The position numbers and the translations under genes are program-made. A stretch of DNA of 64,000 nucleotides. Source: an uncultured archaeon (GTDB lineage: Archaea; Aenigmatarchaeota; Aenigmatarchaeia; QMZP01; JACQNV01). The first letter of the stretch is position 1. Each line of letters begins with the position of its first letter. This document shows, in pieces, positions 46,748-57,471 of this stretch. The notes beneath the pieces are model-generated. The model searched no databases and had not been told where the DNA came from. It worked only from the letters and a program-made list of their open reading frames with translations. The DNA is taken from assembly GCA_964476045.1 (NCBI GenBank), contig CAYYYJ010000001.1, positions 50,733 through 114,732 on the forward strand. Reading direction: 5' to 3'.

Positions 46748-47732
46748 GCTAAAGATAGGCATAATGGGGACAGGCAAAAGAGCAGAGAACTTTATTAAAA
46801 TATATTCAAGATTGCCCGATGTCCAGATCTCCGGTATCTTTGGCAGATCAGAAAATAGGGTGAGGGAGATTTCCAAAAAGTATGGGATAGAAGGTTCTAC
46901 ACAGATTCACAAATTTTTCTCTTTGCGTTCAGACAGTGTTTGTATAGCAACACTGCCAGAATTTCATCCAGAATATTCTATAAAGTCGCTTCGAAAAGGT
47001 TTAAATGTACTATGCGAAAAACCAATAGCTTTAGGCCTTTCAAGTGCCAAGAATGTGTTGGATGCCGCCAAAAAGTCAAAAAAAGTTTTTATGGTCGGTT
47101 TTACGCATAGATACCTGGAAAAATTCGTCAAAGCAAAAGAACTTGTTTCTTCGGGGAAATTAGGCAAAATAAAATCCATTTGGTTCAAAGATGGGACCTA
47201 TTATCCTGACAGAAAATGGATGCTCGATGATAAAACAAGCGGCGGAGTAACACTCGAATTTTCAATAAATAAGATAGATCTTATGAGATGGATTGTGGAA
47301 TCTGAAGCCCAATCTGTCTACTGCCAAACAATAAGAGATATATACACTCCAGAAGGGGATCATACAGATATAGGCATAATCAAATTTGAAAATGGGAGCA
47401 TCGGGCAATTTGGAAGTTCTCTCTCGCTGGCAATGCCTAATTATTCTGATTTTGGCATAATCGGTTCTGAAAAATCGTTGGTAATAATGAATGGGAGAAT
47501 TTTCTCCCAAGACCATTATACAAAGCCAACAAAAATTAAAATACTGTCATCCCAACTCCCAAAAATAAGCACAAGTAAAAATAACGCCCTGGAAAACCAG
47601 TTAAAAGCTTTTGTTCTGGCAGCTAAAGGCGAAAACATCGATATGCCTACAATTTATGACTGTTATAAGGCTCTGGAAATATCTGTAGCATGCTTGAAAT
47701 CGGCAAGGCAAAATAAAGTGATAAACGTCTAA
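46740..47732 (+). CDS. Gfo/Idh/MocA-family NAD(P)-dependent sugar oxidoreductase
   Basis: IGIMGTGKRAENF Rossmann motif; CEKPIAL consensus. Confidence 0.75.
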   Translation: MDKLKIGIMGTGKRAENFIKIYSRLPDVQISGIFGRSENRVREISKKYGIEGSTQIHKFFSLRSDSVCIATLPEFHPEYSIKSLRKGLNVLCEKPIALGLSSAKNVLDAAKKSKKVFMVGFTHRYLEKFVKAKELVSSGKLGKIKSIWFKDGTYYPDRKWMLDDKTSGGVTLEFSINKIDLMRWIVESEAQSVYCQTIRDIYTPEGDHTDIGIIKFENGSIGQFGSSLSLAMPNYSDFGIIGSEKSLVIMNGRIFSQDHYTKPTKIKILSSQLPKISTSKNNALENQLKAFVLAAKGENIDMPTIYDCYKALEISVACLKSARQNKVINV

Positions 47733-49201
47733 TTCTCTTTCTTCTTGGCGAACCTTTTTCCGAAGGGCGTTATGCTAATTACATAAGATACGTCATATCT
47801 GGTTAGAACTTTGAGGCCAAACAGAAGTCCAAAATAAATAAATGTTACAGCTATCATAGAAATGAACAAATAAGGATAAGGCGATAGGGGCAAGAAAGCG
47901 AATAGGCCAAAAATAAAAGACGCGCATAATATCTTCAAGGTCATTTTTATAGGGAACTTTATGTCAACTAGTTTTATGCCTTTATAGAAAAGCAATGAAT
48001 ATCCGATACCAATCGCTGTTATATATGATATGGCAGCTCCGCTTGGCCCATAAGTTGGTATAAGCAAAAAGCTTAGTATAGCTAATATGCAAAAGACCAG
48101 AATTTCTGTTTTCATAAAAAGCCTGAATTTACTTTTACTTACAAGAACAGGCGTGACAAGCTTGTAAAATATCAGGAATATGAGGCCAAGATTGAGTATA
48201 GTTAGTATTCCGCTGGCAGCTATGAACTCTGGACCATACACAAGCTTGACAAATTTCTCCATTAGAAAAGGGGTGGAGATTATTATTGGTATGATCAGGA
48301 CGAATGTGTACTTCAAAACACTGTTGAATCCTGACTGAACCCCTTTTTTATTTTTTGTGTTTGTGTATTGGACTAATGTTGGTATCGAGGCTTCTGGTAT
48401 TGAAGTGGCCATTGTGTTAATGACGAAAAGTATACCAACTGCAAGGCTATAGAAACCAACAGCAGCTATACCGAATAAAAATGTGAAATACGTCAACATG
48501 AAAATCGAGGTTTTTTCAGTTGCTGTAGAAAATATTTTTGAAATTCCGTAAGGTGTGCTGATCGAAAGCAATTTTCTATAACCTACTCCAGAATCAAGCT
48601 TTTTAATATTTCTGTAATTTCTGAAGTAAAGATATAACAAAAGAATTAATGTAAAAAAAGTGGCAATAGTATAAGAGAAAATAGCTCCTATTACCCCGAG
48701 AAGCGTAATTAGCGGTATCACTAAAACGACCTGAAATATTTTGGTGGAAAAATACTCAACAGCAAAAACATAAAGCTTTTTTGATGAGTAGAAAAGCATC
48801 GCTATATTAAATGAAATAACTCCGACTAAAATAAACGGTAAACTGATTAAAATTAGATTGGTTTCAGGTATAAAAAATGATATAGGTATAACCAACGCAA
48901 TAGAAGCAAGAGAACCAAATAAACTTATTTTAATTACTTTCCAGAAAAGGTGCTTTATTTTCCCAGTTTCCCCGTTTTTTATAAACTCTGGAACAAACTT
49001 CAAAAGACCGACATTCACTGTGTTATTAAGAATGGAGATCACGAATAGCGGTATACTTATTGCATAAGAGAATATCCCATACGAATCTGGCCCCAACATC
49101 CTGGTCATCAATATAGTAATAAAAAAAGCGGCTATTATTCCGACAAATCTTCCTGCAGCTAAATTTATACCGCCTCTACCTACCAGATGCGACTCGCTCA
49201 T
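47729..49201 (-). CDS. polysaccharide/oligosaccharide flippase (MOP/Wzx-like)
   Basis: 490-aa protein of about 14 TM helices typical of Wzx/MATE-like exporters in glycan clusters. Confidence 0.6.
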   Translation of the reverse strand: MSESHLVGRGGINLAAGRFVGIIAAFFITILMTRMLGPDSYGIFSYAISIPLFVISILNNTVNVGLLKFVPEFIKNGETGKIKHLFWKVIKISLFGSLASIALVIPISFFIPETNLILISLPFILVGVISFNIAMLFYSSKKLYVFAVEYFSTKIFQVVLVIPLITLLGVIGAIFSYTIATFFTLILLLYLYFRNYRNIKKLDSGVGYRKLLSISTPYGISKIFSTATEKTSIFMLTYFTFLFGIAAVGFYSLAVGILFVINTMATSIPEASIPTLVQYTNTKNKKGVQSGFNSVLKYTFVLIIPIIISTPFLMEKFVKLVYGPEFIAASGILTILNLGLIFLIFYKLVTPVLVSKSKFRLFMKTEILVFCILAILSFLLIPTYGPSGAAISYITAIGIGYSLLFYKGIKLVDIKFPIKMTLKILCASFIFGLFAFLPLSPYPYLFISMIAVTFIYFGLLFGLKVLTRYDVSYVISITPFGKRFAKKKEN

Positions 49202-49251
49202 AATATAATCTTTACCCTAGCTGAATTATATAATCTCGGAATAAGGTAGAA

Positions 49252-50796
49252 TTAAGTTTGCGGCCTTAATGCAGAAATTTTTGATGCCTGCCTTAATTTT
49301 GTATATAGAGTTCTCTCGTATCTAAACTTGAAAAAACCTGTTTGCCACCTGAATTTCTGGATTGCTGCATATATTTTTTTGGCTACATTCCTCTGCTCAC
49401 CTAAAGTATAGAATAAAAATGCAGCATTTTGGTTCAGGAAAGATAAAATCTCCTTATCCTCTATCCATGGGAGATTATCAACCGGTGCGAACCCTGTTTC
49501 ATCAAATACATCGAGATCAATCCAGTCCCTTAGCTTTTGGGGTTCCACGAACCCCATCTGTTTTGCTAGTTGATATAATTCAGCTCCTGGATAAGGCCTG
49601 TAGATAAAGGGTCCGTAAAACTTTGAGCTTTTATTTATCTTTTTCAGTTGACCCATCATCGATAATGTTTGCTGCAAATCTTCCCTTGTTTCTGTAGGGA
49701 TCCCTATTATCAGGGAAAATGCCGGCACAATATCATATTTCTTACACACCTCAGCGGCCTTTATAGTCTCTGCAGTTGTTATGCCTTTTTTAATCAGCTC
49801 CAAAATCCTATTTGAACCGCTTTCAGCACCTATGTCCACAAAACTAAATCCTGCTTTTCTTATAGTGTCCATCTGGTCAGGTTGTATGTTTCTTGCAAGA
49901 TATTCAGCTCTGCATGTACTGCCCCACTTTATGTCTATTTTTTCCTTCATTAAAAGCTCTGCTATTTTTTTAACCCTACCAATGTTAGTAAAGCAGTTTT
50001 CATCTCTAAATTCCAGATGCTCTATATTGTATGTGTCTACCAATCTCCTAATTTCACTAACGACTTTTTCAGGGCTTTTTGCCCTCCAGCTTCTATAAAC
50101 TTCTAAAGCAGGGTCTATGCAGAAAGTGCAGTGATAAGGGCACCCTCTCGAAGTTTGTAAAACAGCTGATCGGAAAACCTCATCAAAGTGGGTAGGCTTG
50201 CCCCTCAAATAATACTTATGGATATCCAGTAAATGGTATGCAGGAAAAGGCATCTGATCGAGGTTAACGAAAGGCTGTGGAGGATTTATTCTCGCGCTGC
50301 CTTTCTCATCTTTATATGTCAATCCCTTTATATTTCCAAATTCTTTTTTCTCACCTTTGTTTATTTCCAATTGTCTAGTAAGCTCTGCTGTTGTATACTC
50401 CCCTTCCCCGGTGCATACAAAATCAACTGAAGGGTCTTCACAGGTTTGTTTTGGAAAAAATTCTGGATGCGCTCCGCCGAGAAGAACAGGAACATCTGGA
50501 TTCGCGTTTTTTATAAGAGAACTTATTTCCAATGTCTGCTTAATCGTAGCTGTCATGCAGCCTATTCCTGCAAGAAGAAGCCCATTTTTTGCTTCGTGTT
50601 CTATAACTTTTTTATAGCTTTCATCACCCTCTATAACATATGTCCTTGCATCAATAATCTTGACTTTGTATCCTTTCTCCTCGAGATGAGAAGCCATACA
50701 GACAAGCGCATAAGGTGCACCAATAAATCTGTTTTTAAAAAATCCGGGATTATAAACTTCCTCTATTCTTGGATTAATCAGCAATACATCTGCCAT
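49252..50796 (-). CDS. B12-binding radical SAM enzyme
   Basis: N-terminal cobalamin-binding-like domain, then radical SAM cluster motif SRGCPYHCTFC (CxxxCxxC). Confidence 0.75.
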   Translation of the reverse strand: MADVLLINPRIEEVYNPGFFKNRFIGAPYALVCMASHLEEKGYKVKIIDARTYVIEGDESYKKVIEHEAKNGLLLAGIGCMTATIKQTLEISSLIKNANPDVPVLLGGAHPEFFPKQTCEDPSVDFVCTGEGEYTTAELTRQLEINKGEKKEFGNIKGLTYKDEKGSARINPPQPFVNLDQMPFPAYHLLDIHKYYLRGKPTHFDEVFRSAVLQTSRGCPYHCTFCIDPALEVYRSWRAKSPEKVVSEIRRLVDTYNIEHLEFRDENCFTNIGRVKKIAELLMKEKIDIKWGSTCRAEYLARNIQPDQMDTIRKAGFSFVDIGAESGSNRILELIKKGITTAETIKAAEVCKKYDIVPAFSLIIGIPTETREDLQQTLSMMGQLKKINKSSKFYGPFIYRPYPGAELYQLAKQMGFVEPQKLRDWIDLDVFDETGFAPVDNLPWIEDKEILSFLNQNAAFLFYTLGEQRNVAKKIYAAIQKFRWQTGFFKFRYERTLYTKLRQASKISALRPQT

Positions 50797-50951
50797 ATTG
50801 ATCCCTTAATCCATTTAATATATTTAAAGCTTGCCCCAGCTTACCTGCAAAACTACAGCAGGCGAAAAACGAATTGTCAGGAGACTTGACAAGGCGGGAA
50901 AAATCGCACGCAGAATTATGTTCTAAAAACAATCAGGTTTGCTTGGCAGAA

Positions 50952-52346
50952 TTATAATACCCTATAAACCTCAATAAATGCCGTCTTGCCAATTGCTTCA
51001 ATTTTCGTGTTGTTTTCCAAATAAGGCTTCATTGGTTCAACATAAAGGTAATCTATATTTTTATTTTCTCCTAGAACTTTGTTAAACTCTTCTTCTTTAT
51101 CAGGTAGCTGCAGCCACTTCCTATGCGTATAGACCCAAATCCACGCAGGCGCATTTGTTAAAACAACAGAGGTTTCATTTGTATTATCCTTTATGTAAAG
51201 GGCAGTGTCTTTCCTTACATTATTGGCATCAAAATAACTTTTTCTTGATATGAATTCGGGGAATTTGTCAATTTCCGGTACCGGAGAAATATACTGCATT
51301 ATTGCAATATAGCCTACTAATATATTGAATATAGATAAAATAACGAATAGATTCACAAGTTTTTTCCTCCCGAAATTTAGGAAATAGGCAGATAATATGG
51401 CAAACACAGGGATCACAGGAGCTAAGTATCTTATAGACAATAGCCTATAACCAGTCACCAGGAAAAAAACCAGCAAAAAGAAAAGTAAAAATTTAATAAA
51501 TTCCCTTGAACATAGATTGTCTTGAACAGTATCCATTTTTTTTCTAAAAAATAAATAAATCCCATAAACCATAAATGGCGCTAACAGGCCTGCCGCTGGC
51601 ATAAAAAGGATAAAGTAATGGAATGGAACGAAGCTGGTTGTTCCGGCATACTCAATATTTTTTCCTAATAAGATGATCTGTGGGCTTAGGATTATTCCGA
51701 AAACCGCTAGACCTAAATAAAATTTCCTTGATTTTAAAATCTGAATAAGCAGGCTTCTTTCAAATATAACTAAATACAAAATCATCGAAACAGGGATTGC
51801 AATAAAATTAAACCTAAACATTATAGAAAATCCCAAGGCCAATGAAAGCGGAACAACATTTTTTATTTTATGAGGGCCTTTATCTTTAAGTATTCCGAGG
51901 AAAAAATATATGCTAACAGTGAGAAAGAGTGTGGAAATAATTTCTGTCATTATCCTATGGGAAAAGAAAATGAACATGTAATTTGTTGCTACGAATAGTG
52001 TCGCTAAAAGAGCTTTCTCTTTACCAAAAAGCTTTTTGAACAGGAAATATGAGATTAGTACAGTCAATGCTGAAATCAATGATATGAAAAAAGCGATGAT
52101 AGGATAATTTACTCCAAAAACAGAGAAAATGCCCCCTAATATATACACGAAATATCTTGATCTTGAAGAACAGTCAATGAGATCAAATTCCCTGCCGCCG
52201 ATTTCGCAAAATTTATCCCCTCTATACACGCCTTCGCCCATGCTAAGATAGACAGCCTCGTCCCAGCTATAGGTAGGGTTGATATTAAATGTTAAAAAAT
52301 TCACCAGAACTACAAATAAAATCAGGGATATGACTGCTTTTTCCAT
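50952..52346 (-). CDS. polytopic membrane protein, GT-C/ArnT-like candidate
   Basis: 464 aa with about 12 TM helices and a C-terminal soluble domain; weak resemblance to GT-C glycosyltransferases. Confidence 0.4.
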   Translation of the reverse strand: MEKAVISLILFVVLVNFLTFNINPTYSWDEAVYLSMGEGVYRGDKFCEIGGREFDLIDCSSRSRYFVYILGGIFSVFGVNYPIIAFFISLISALTVLISYFLFKKLFGKEKALLATLFVATNYMFIFFSHRIMTEIISTLFLTVSIYFFLGILKDKGPHKIKNVVPLSLALGFSIMFRFNFIAIPVSMILYLVIFERSLLIQILKSRKFYLGLAVFGIILSPQIILLGKNIEYAGTTSFVPFHYFILFMPAAGLLAPFMVYGIYLFFRKKMDTVQDNLCSREFIKFLLFFLLVFFLVTGYRLLSIRYLAPVIPVFAILSAYFLNFGRKKLVNLFVILSIFNILVGYIAIMQYISPVPEIDKFPEFISRKSYFDANNVRKDTALYIKDNTNETSVVLTNAPAWIWVYTHRKWLQLPDKEEEFNKVLGENKNIDYLYVEPMKPYLENNTKIEAIGKTAFIEVYRVL

Positions 52347-52349
52347 AAA

Positions 52350-52910
52350 TCAGTGGGTGTTTTTCAACTTGAAAGCATAAGCATATGCAAACCAGTTCTT
52401 AAAAACAGGGATTTTTGGCACAAGTTTTATCTGCTCGTCTAAAATTTCAAAATCATTTTCCTGCAAGAATTTTTTAAACTGCGAGTAAGACCAGTACCAA
52501 AGATGCTGTCCCATTTGATAGGCATTATGCCTAGATACATTCCCGCCAAGAATTTTTAATCTGTCTGCCAGCCAGCAGGCATTCGGGGTAGTTATAACAA
52601 TATATTTGCTTTTGCCTCTTAGGTTATTTAACAATTTAACAGGATCTATAACATGTTCAATTACATCTATACAGGTTATGTAATCAAAATTACCTCTGGG
52701 CAACTCTTCTTTTTCAACGTTGCATACAAAAGCCTCTATGCCTTGTTTTGCTTTTTTAACTAACTCAGGATCTATATCGCATCCGATAACCTGACAACCT
52801 CTCCTTTCCAATATTTTAGCAAAGTTCCCATCTCCGCAACCAACATCTAAAACTTTGCCTTTATCTACCAGTTTTTCTGCTAAAACATATCTTATAGTAT
52901 CTTCACCCAT
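52350..52910 (-). CDS. class I SAM-dependent methyltransferase
   Basis: VLDVGCGDGNFA motif I. Confidence 0.7.
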   Translation of the reverse strand: MGEDTIRYVLAEKLVDKGKVLDVGCGDGNFAKILERRGCQVIGCDIDPELVKKAKQGIEAFVCNVEKEELPRGNFDYITCIDVIEHVIDPVKLLNNLRGKSKYIVITTPNACWLADRLKILGGNVSRHNAYQMGQHLWYWSYSQFKKFLQENDFEILDEQIKLVPKIPVFKNWFAYAYAFKLKNTH

Positions 52911-52922
52911 AACATGCGAACT

Positions 52923-54749
52923 CTACCCATCCAATAGCTTCTCAGGATTCTTAGGCATAGAAACTTTCTCAGAGTCTATATAAATCTTTCTCCAAATTTC
53001 AAAAACCAGCAAACTCCAGAGTTTCTGGTTCGAAACCCGTTTATCTGATATTATTTTTTTAACCAAATCCTGATTGTAAGTTCTTTTGTCAAATATTCTT
53101 TCCAGATCAGCCTCTCTCAGCCAATCTCTTTGAGGCACATTAAACCCGTGTTTTTTCCTATTTAAAGCCTCTTTAGGCAAAATATTCTTGACTGCCCTTT
53201 TGAGTAAATATTTTTGTTCCCTCAGTTTGACAGAAACCGGTATACTAAAAGAAAATTCTACGAGGTTCTGGTCAAGATACGGGCATCGTGCTTCTATAGA
53301 ATTTGCCATACACATTTTATCAACCTTCATTAGGAAATCATCTGCAAGCTTCATTTTTGCATCGAGATAAATGATCTTATTTATAAGTCCGCTTTCTTTT
53401 TTTTGCAACCAGAAATTCGGAACTTTGGTAAGATTACTCAGATTTTCTCTCCCTCCCCATTTTATTATGCTATTTCTCTCACTCTCATTAAAAACCTCGA
53501 AATTTCTAACATAAACAAGATCAGGCCTGTTGATAACTTTCATATATTCTGATGCAAGCTTCGCTTTAGAAGAAATTTTTTTAACCCCGGGAATATTCAA
53601 AACAGATCTGAATTTACTGAGGTTCTGTAAGCCAGCAAGTTTTTTATAATACCCATATCCAGCTACAAGTTCATCTCCACCGTCTCCTGTGAGAACAACA
53701 GTAACGTACTTTTTAGTTAATTTAGATATTAGAAAAGTTGGCACAATTGCGGCATCGCCAACTGGTTCATCCATATACCAAACAACTTCTGGCAGAATTT
53801 TAATAGATTCTTTTTTAGCTGTCAGTTCCTTATGGTTTGTTCCGAAATTTTCAGCTACGTATCTAGCATACTTACTCTCATCAAGATCCCTGTCTTCAAA
53901 TCCAACTGTAAATGTGTTCACCTCTCTTTTCAATTCTTTTCTTAAAATACCGACTATGGCGCTTGAATCTATCCCGCCTGATAAATAGACGCCTAGCGGG
54001 ACTTCTGACATGAGCCTTATATCCACAGATTCCTTTAACAAATCGAAAATTTTTTTAATATAATATTCATCGGGCCTTATTTCTTCTTTCAAATCCATAT
54101 CCCAGTATTTTTTTACTGTAAATTTGCCTCTTTCAAAAATACCCATGTGTCCGGGAAGCAGTTTGTAAATTCCTTTAAACATTGTTTCTGGCCCAGGAAC
54201 GTACTTGAATGCAAGATACTGGTAAAACCCATTTTCATTCACTTCTCTTTCTATTCCACTGTACTCTAGAATTGCCTTTATCTCTGAAGAAAAAATAAAC
54301 TTGTCCCCATCCAGATAATAGTAAAGAGGTTTTTTCCCTAGCCTGTCCCTTGCAAGTATGAGCCTTTTTTTCCTTGCGTCCCAAATAGCAAGCGCAAACA
54401 TTCCGCGAAGTTTCTCAACAAATTTGTCCCCATATTTTTCATATAAATGAACAATAGCTTCTGTATCTGTATTCGTATAAAACCTGTGCCCAGATTTCTC
54501 AAGATTTTCCTTCAGCTCTTTGAAATTGTAAATTTCGCCATTGAATGTAATCCATATTGTGTTGTCTTCGTTATGCACTGGTTGGTGCCCGCCCTTGATG
54601 TCTATTATGCTCAATCTCCTGTTTCCAAGAAAAATTCCTTTGTCAGAATAAACCCCGCTATCGTTCGGGCCCCTGTGTTCTATTGCCTTGTTCATCTTTT
54701 TTATTAGGTTTGAATCATCTATATTTACATAACCGTTGATCCCGCACAT
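52923..54749 (-). CDS. asnB: asparagine synthase (glutamine-hydrolysing) family amidotransferase
   Basis: N-terminal MCGI (Cys2 nucleophile) and PP-loop SGGIDSS. Confidence 0.85.
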   Translation of the reverse strand: MCGINGYVNIDDSNLIKKMNKAIEHRGPNDSGVYSDKGIFLGNRRLSIIDIKGGHQPVHNEDNTIWITFNGEIYNFKELKENLEKSGHRFYTNTDTEAIVHLYEKYGDKFVEKLRGMFALAIWDARKKRLILARDRLGKKPLYYYLDGDKFIFSSEIKAILEYSGIEREVNENGFYQYLAFKYVPGPETMFKGIYKLLPGHMGIFERGKFTVKKYWDMDLKEEIRPDEYYIKKIFDLLKESVDIRLMSEVPLGVYLSGGIDSSAIVGILRKELKREVNTFTVGFEDRDLDESKYARYVAENFGTNHKELTAKKESIKILPEVVWYMDEPVGDAAIVPTFLISKLTKKYVTVVLTGDGGDELVAGYGYYKKLAGLQNLSKFRSVLNIPGVKKISSKAKLASEYMKVINRPDLVYVRNFEVFNESERNSIIKWGGRENLSNLTKVPNFWLQKKESGLINKIIYLDAKMKLADDFLMKVDKMCMANSIEARCPYLDQNLVEFSFSIPVSVKLREQKYLLKRAVKNILPKEALNRKKHGFNVPQRDWLREADLERIFDKRTYNQDLVKKIISDKRVSNQKLWSLLVFEIWRKIYIDSEKVSMPKNPEKLLDG

Positions 54750-54761
54750 AAAACATCTTTC

Positions 54762-55883
54762 CTATCCTTTACGTTTTAAAACTTCTTTGTAAAGATCGCT
54801 ATACATCTTTGCTGCAGATTGCCAGCTAAAGCCTTTTGCAATTTCTGTGCTTTTCTTCCCAAAGGATTCTGAAGCCCGCGGATTATCCAGAAGCCAGATT
54901 ATTTTCTCAGCAAGTTTTTTTGGATCCCCTGTTTCAACCAAAAAGCCGTTCACACCCTCTTTTACAGCATCCCTGTGGCCGTCAATGTTTGTTGCGACTA
55001 CAGGCGCTCCGCATGCCATTGCCTCGAGTAAAGTCTTAGGAAGCCCTTCAGCAAAAGATGGCTGGACATAAACAGAGCATCTTCTATAATAGTCCCTGAT
55101 CTCTTTATGGGCCACATGTCTCAATGAAACATTTTTCCCCAGCCCGAGTTCCCTAACCTCTTTTTGGATATTCTGATATTCCTCGTCGCCTTCCTTTCCG
55201 CCTAGAATTACAAGTCCGGCATCAGGATACTTCTTCACAATATCTTTCATGGCCCTCACCAAAAAAACAAGGCCTTTTTTCTTTACGAACCTGCCGGCTG
55301 TGAGGATAAGAACCGCTTTAGGCCTTTTTTCTGGAGGGTTAAAATTGCTCATATCAACCCCGCTAGGTATGTAACAGACTTTGCCTTTCAGACCAAAGCT
55401 TTTTTCTATTTCTCCTACACCGCTTGATGAGACAGAGACAGCGAAATCAGAATTTTTAGCTATCCTCTTTGAAGCCCTGAAAAATTCCCAGTAAGACTTT
55501 AAGCATTTGAATACATTTTGCCTGTAGACCCTGTAAGCCAGAACAGAGTCGTGAATAGTAAAAATAACTGGTTTCTGCAGCCTCCGTGAAAGCGGCAGTA
55601 TTGGATTGTGTATATGTATTATGTCAGGTTTTTCCTTCCGTATTATCTCAGGCAGGTTCTCCAGGATCCTTTTTCCGGTTTTCAACAGGAACGGCCTCTC
55701 CGCTTTAAATTTGTATATCCTAAAACCGTTTGCCGGAAGCTCTTCGTCTTTGTTCCCGCCGCAGATCACAGCTATTTCATTCCCCAGACTTTTTTGCGCA
55801 ACTGAGAGATTGTAAATGTGCGGTTCTAATCCGCCGCCGATGTCTTTTTCCGGAAACGATGGGCATATCCTAAGTATTTTCAT
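54762..55883 (-). CDS. family 4 glycosyltransferase (GT-B)
   Basis: FAEGLPKTLLEAMACGAPVVATNIDG (E-x7-E). Confidence 0.8.
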   Translation of the reverse strand: MKILRICPSFPEKDIGGGLEPHIYNLSVAQKSLGNEIAVICGGNKDEELPANGFRIYKFKAERPFLLKTGKRILENLPEIIRKEKPDIIHIHNPILPLSRRLQKPVIFTIHDSVLAYRVYRQNVFKCLKSYWEFFRASKRIAKNSDFAVSVSSSGVGEIEKSFGLKGKVCYIPSGVDMSNFNPPEKRPKAVLILTAGRFVKKKGLVFLVRAMKDIVKKYPDAGLVILGGKEGDEEYQNIQKEVRELGLGKNVSLRHVAHKEIRDYYRRCSVYVQPSFAEGLPKTLLEAMACGAPVVATNIDGHRDAVKEGVNGFLVETGDPKKLAEKIIWLLDNPRASESFGKKSTEIAKGFSWQSAAKMYSDLYKEVLKRKG

Positions 55884-56844
55884 AAAATCGCGAAAAAGCC
55901 TGCTGATAAAATTCTATAGTAGTTTTAATCCCGTCTTCAAACCTGAAAGATGGCTGCCAACCAAGCCCATAAAGTTTTTTCGGGTCTACAGAATACCTCC
56001 AGTCATGGCCGGGCCTGTCTTTTACAAAATCTATTAGGCCATCTTTTTTCCCCAGAAGTTTCAGTATTGTCTTGGCAACATCAATATTCTTCTTTTCTGT
56101 CTTTGCAGAAATATTATAAACCTCGCCATCTTTTCCATTCCCAATCAAAAAATCCACAGCCCTCGAGTGGTCGTTTACAAATATCCACTCCCTCATGTTT
56201 TCGCCTTTCCCGTAAACGGGGATTTTTTTATTTTTCAAAGCATTTCTGATTATTGTTGGTATGAATTTTTCTGGATTCTGGTAAGGCCCAAAATTATTGC
56301 AGCTTCTGCTTATAACCGTTTTTATTCCATAGGTATTTCTATAAGAATTCACCAGGCATTCTGCGCTTGCCTTGGTAGCTGAGTAGGGGTTTTTTGGATC
56401 AACTTTGCTTTCCTCTGTAAAAGAACCTTGTTTTATGCTACCATAGACCTCATCTGTAGAGATCTGAAAAAACATTTTTCCAGAATATTTCCTGCACGCT
56501 TCCAGTAAAGTATAAACCCCGCAAATATTGCTTCCGATAAAAGGCTTGGGGTCCTTTATAGAGTTATCGACATGCGTCTCAGCAGCAAAATTAACTATTA
56601 TGTCTGAACCTTCAACCAGAGGTTCAACAGCCTTTTTCTCAGCTATGTCACCTTTGACGAATCGATATCTGCTGTCTTTTTCAACAGCCATCAGGGCATC
56701 TTTATTTGCGGCATAAGTTATTTTGTCCAAATTTGTTACTTTTATATTTTTGTATTTGCTGAGAACAAACCTGATAAAATCAGAAGCCATGAAGCCCAAA
56801 CCGCCTGTAACAAGAACAGCCTTATTTTCCATAAAATCAAACAC
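55870..56844 (-). CDS. rfbB: dTDP-glucose 4,6-dehydratase
   Basis: VTGGLGFMASDF Rossmann motif and YSATKASAE (YxxxK); 324 aa. Confidence 0.8.
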   Translation of the reverse strand: MFDFMENKAVLVTGGLGFMASDFIRFVLSKYKNIKVTNLDKITYAANKDALMAVEKDSRYRFVKGDIAEKKAVEPLVEGSDIIVNFAAETHVDNSIKDPKPFIGSNICGVYTLLEACRKYSGKMFFQISTDEVYGSIKQGSFTEESKVDPKNPYSATKASAECLVNSYRNTYGIKTVISRSCNNFGPYQNPEKFIPTIIRNALKNKKIPVYGKGENMREWIFVNDHSRAVDFLIGNGKDGEVYNISAKTEKKNIDVAKTILKLLGKKDGLIDFVKDRPGHDWRYSVDPKKLYGLGWQPSFRFEDGIKTTIEFYQQAFSRFYENT

Positions 56845-57336
56845 TTAAGGAGCAAAATCTATTTTCCCCTCTGATGCTTTTTTCAGCCTCTCAACGGTTT
56901 TCTGGGGCGCCTCTTTTATAGCTCTTGTAGAACTCGTGGTTTCGCTAAATCCGGAATCCCCTGCCCATCTAGGGACAATATGTATGTGCAGATGTTCAAC
57001 TGTCGCGCCAGATGAAGGCCCCATATTAAACCCTACATTGAATGAGTGGACATCATAAACTTTTTCTGTCAGATCCAAAAACTTTTTCATCAGCGAGAAA
57101 AAATCTTTCAGCTCCTCTTTGGTAAGATCCCTTATATCCTTTACATGCCTTTTGGGCATCACCATAAGATGGCCATAATTGTATGGGAACTCATTCGCAA
57201 TGACAAAAGATGATTCAGTTGAGTGTATCAAAAAGCCTCCCCTGTCTTCTCTGCAAAAAATGCATGCGCCGAGCTTATCCCCTGGTTTTTTGCGGTAAGC
57301 TTCCCTGAATTCTGTATGGATATAGGATTTGAACAT
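56845..57336 (-). CDS. HIT-family nucleotide hydrolase/transferase
   Basis: Histidine triad HLHIHIVPR; CIFC zinc-like N-terminal motif. Confidence 0.7.
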   Translation of the reverse strand: MFKSYIHTEFREAYRKKPGDKLGACIFCREDRGGFLIHSTESSFVIANEFPYNYGHLMVMPKRHVKDIRDLTKEELKDFFSLMKKFLDLTEKVYDVHSFNVGFNMGPSSGATVEHLHIHIVPRWAGDSGFSETTSSTRAIKEAPQKTVERLKKASEGKIDFAP

Positions 57337-57471
57337 AATCTTCTAGGTTCTGGGTATAGGTTTATATAGATTTTCCCTATTAAAATCACAAGGGCTGGTA
57401 TCCGGGGAAGTCCACGCGAACGAAGTGATCTGGATTCTTTTGGGTGCTCGGCCCTTTTTTAAAGGGCTGAT

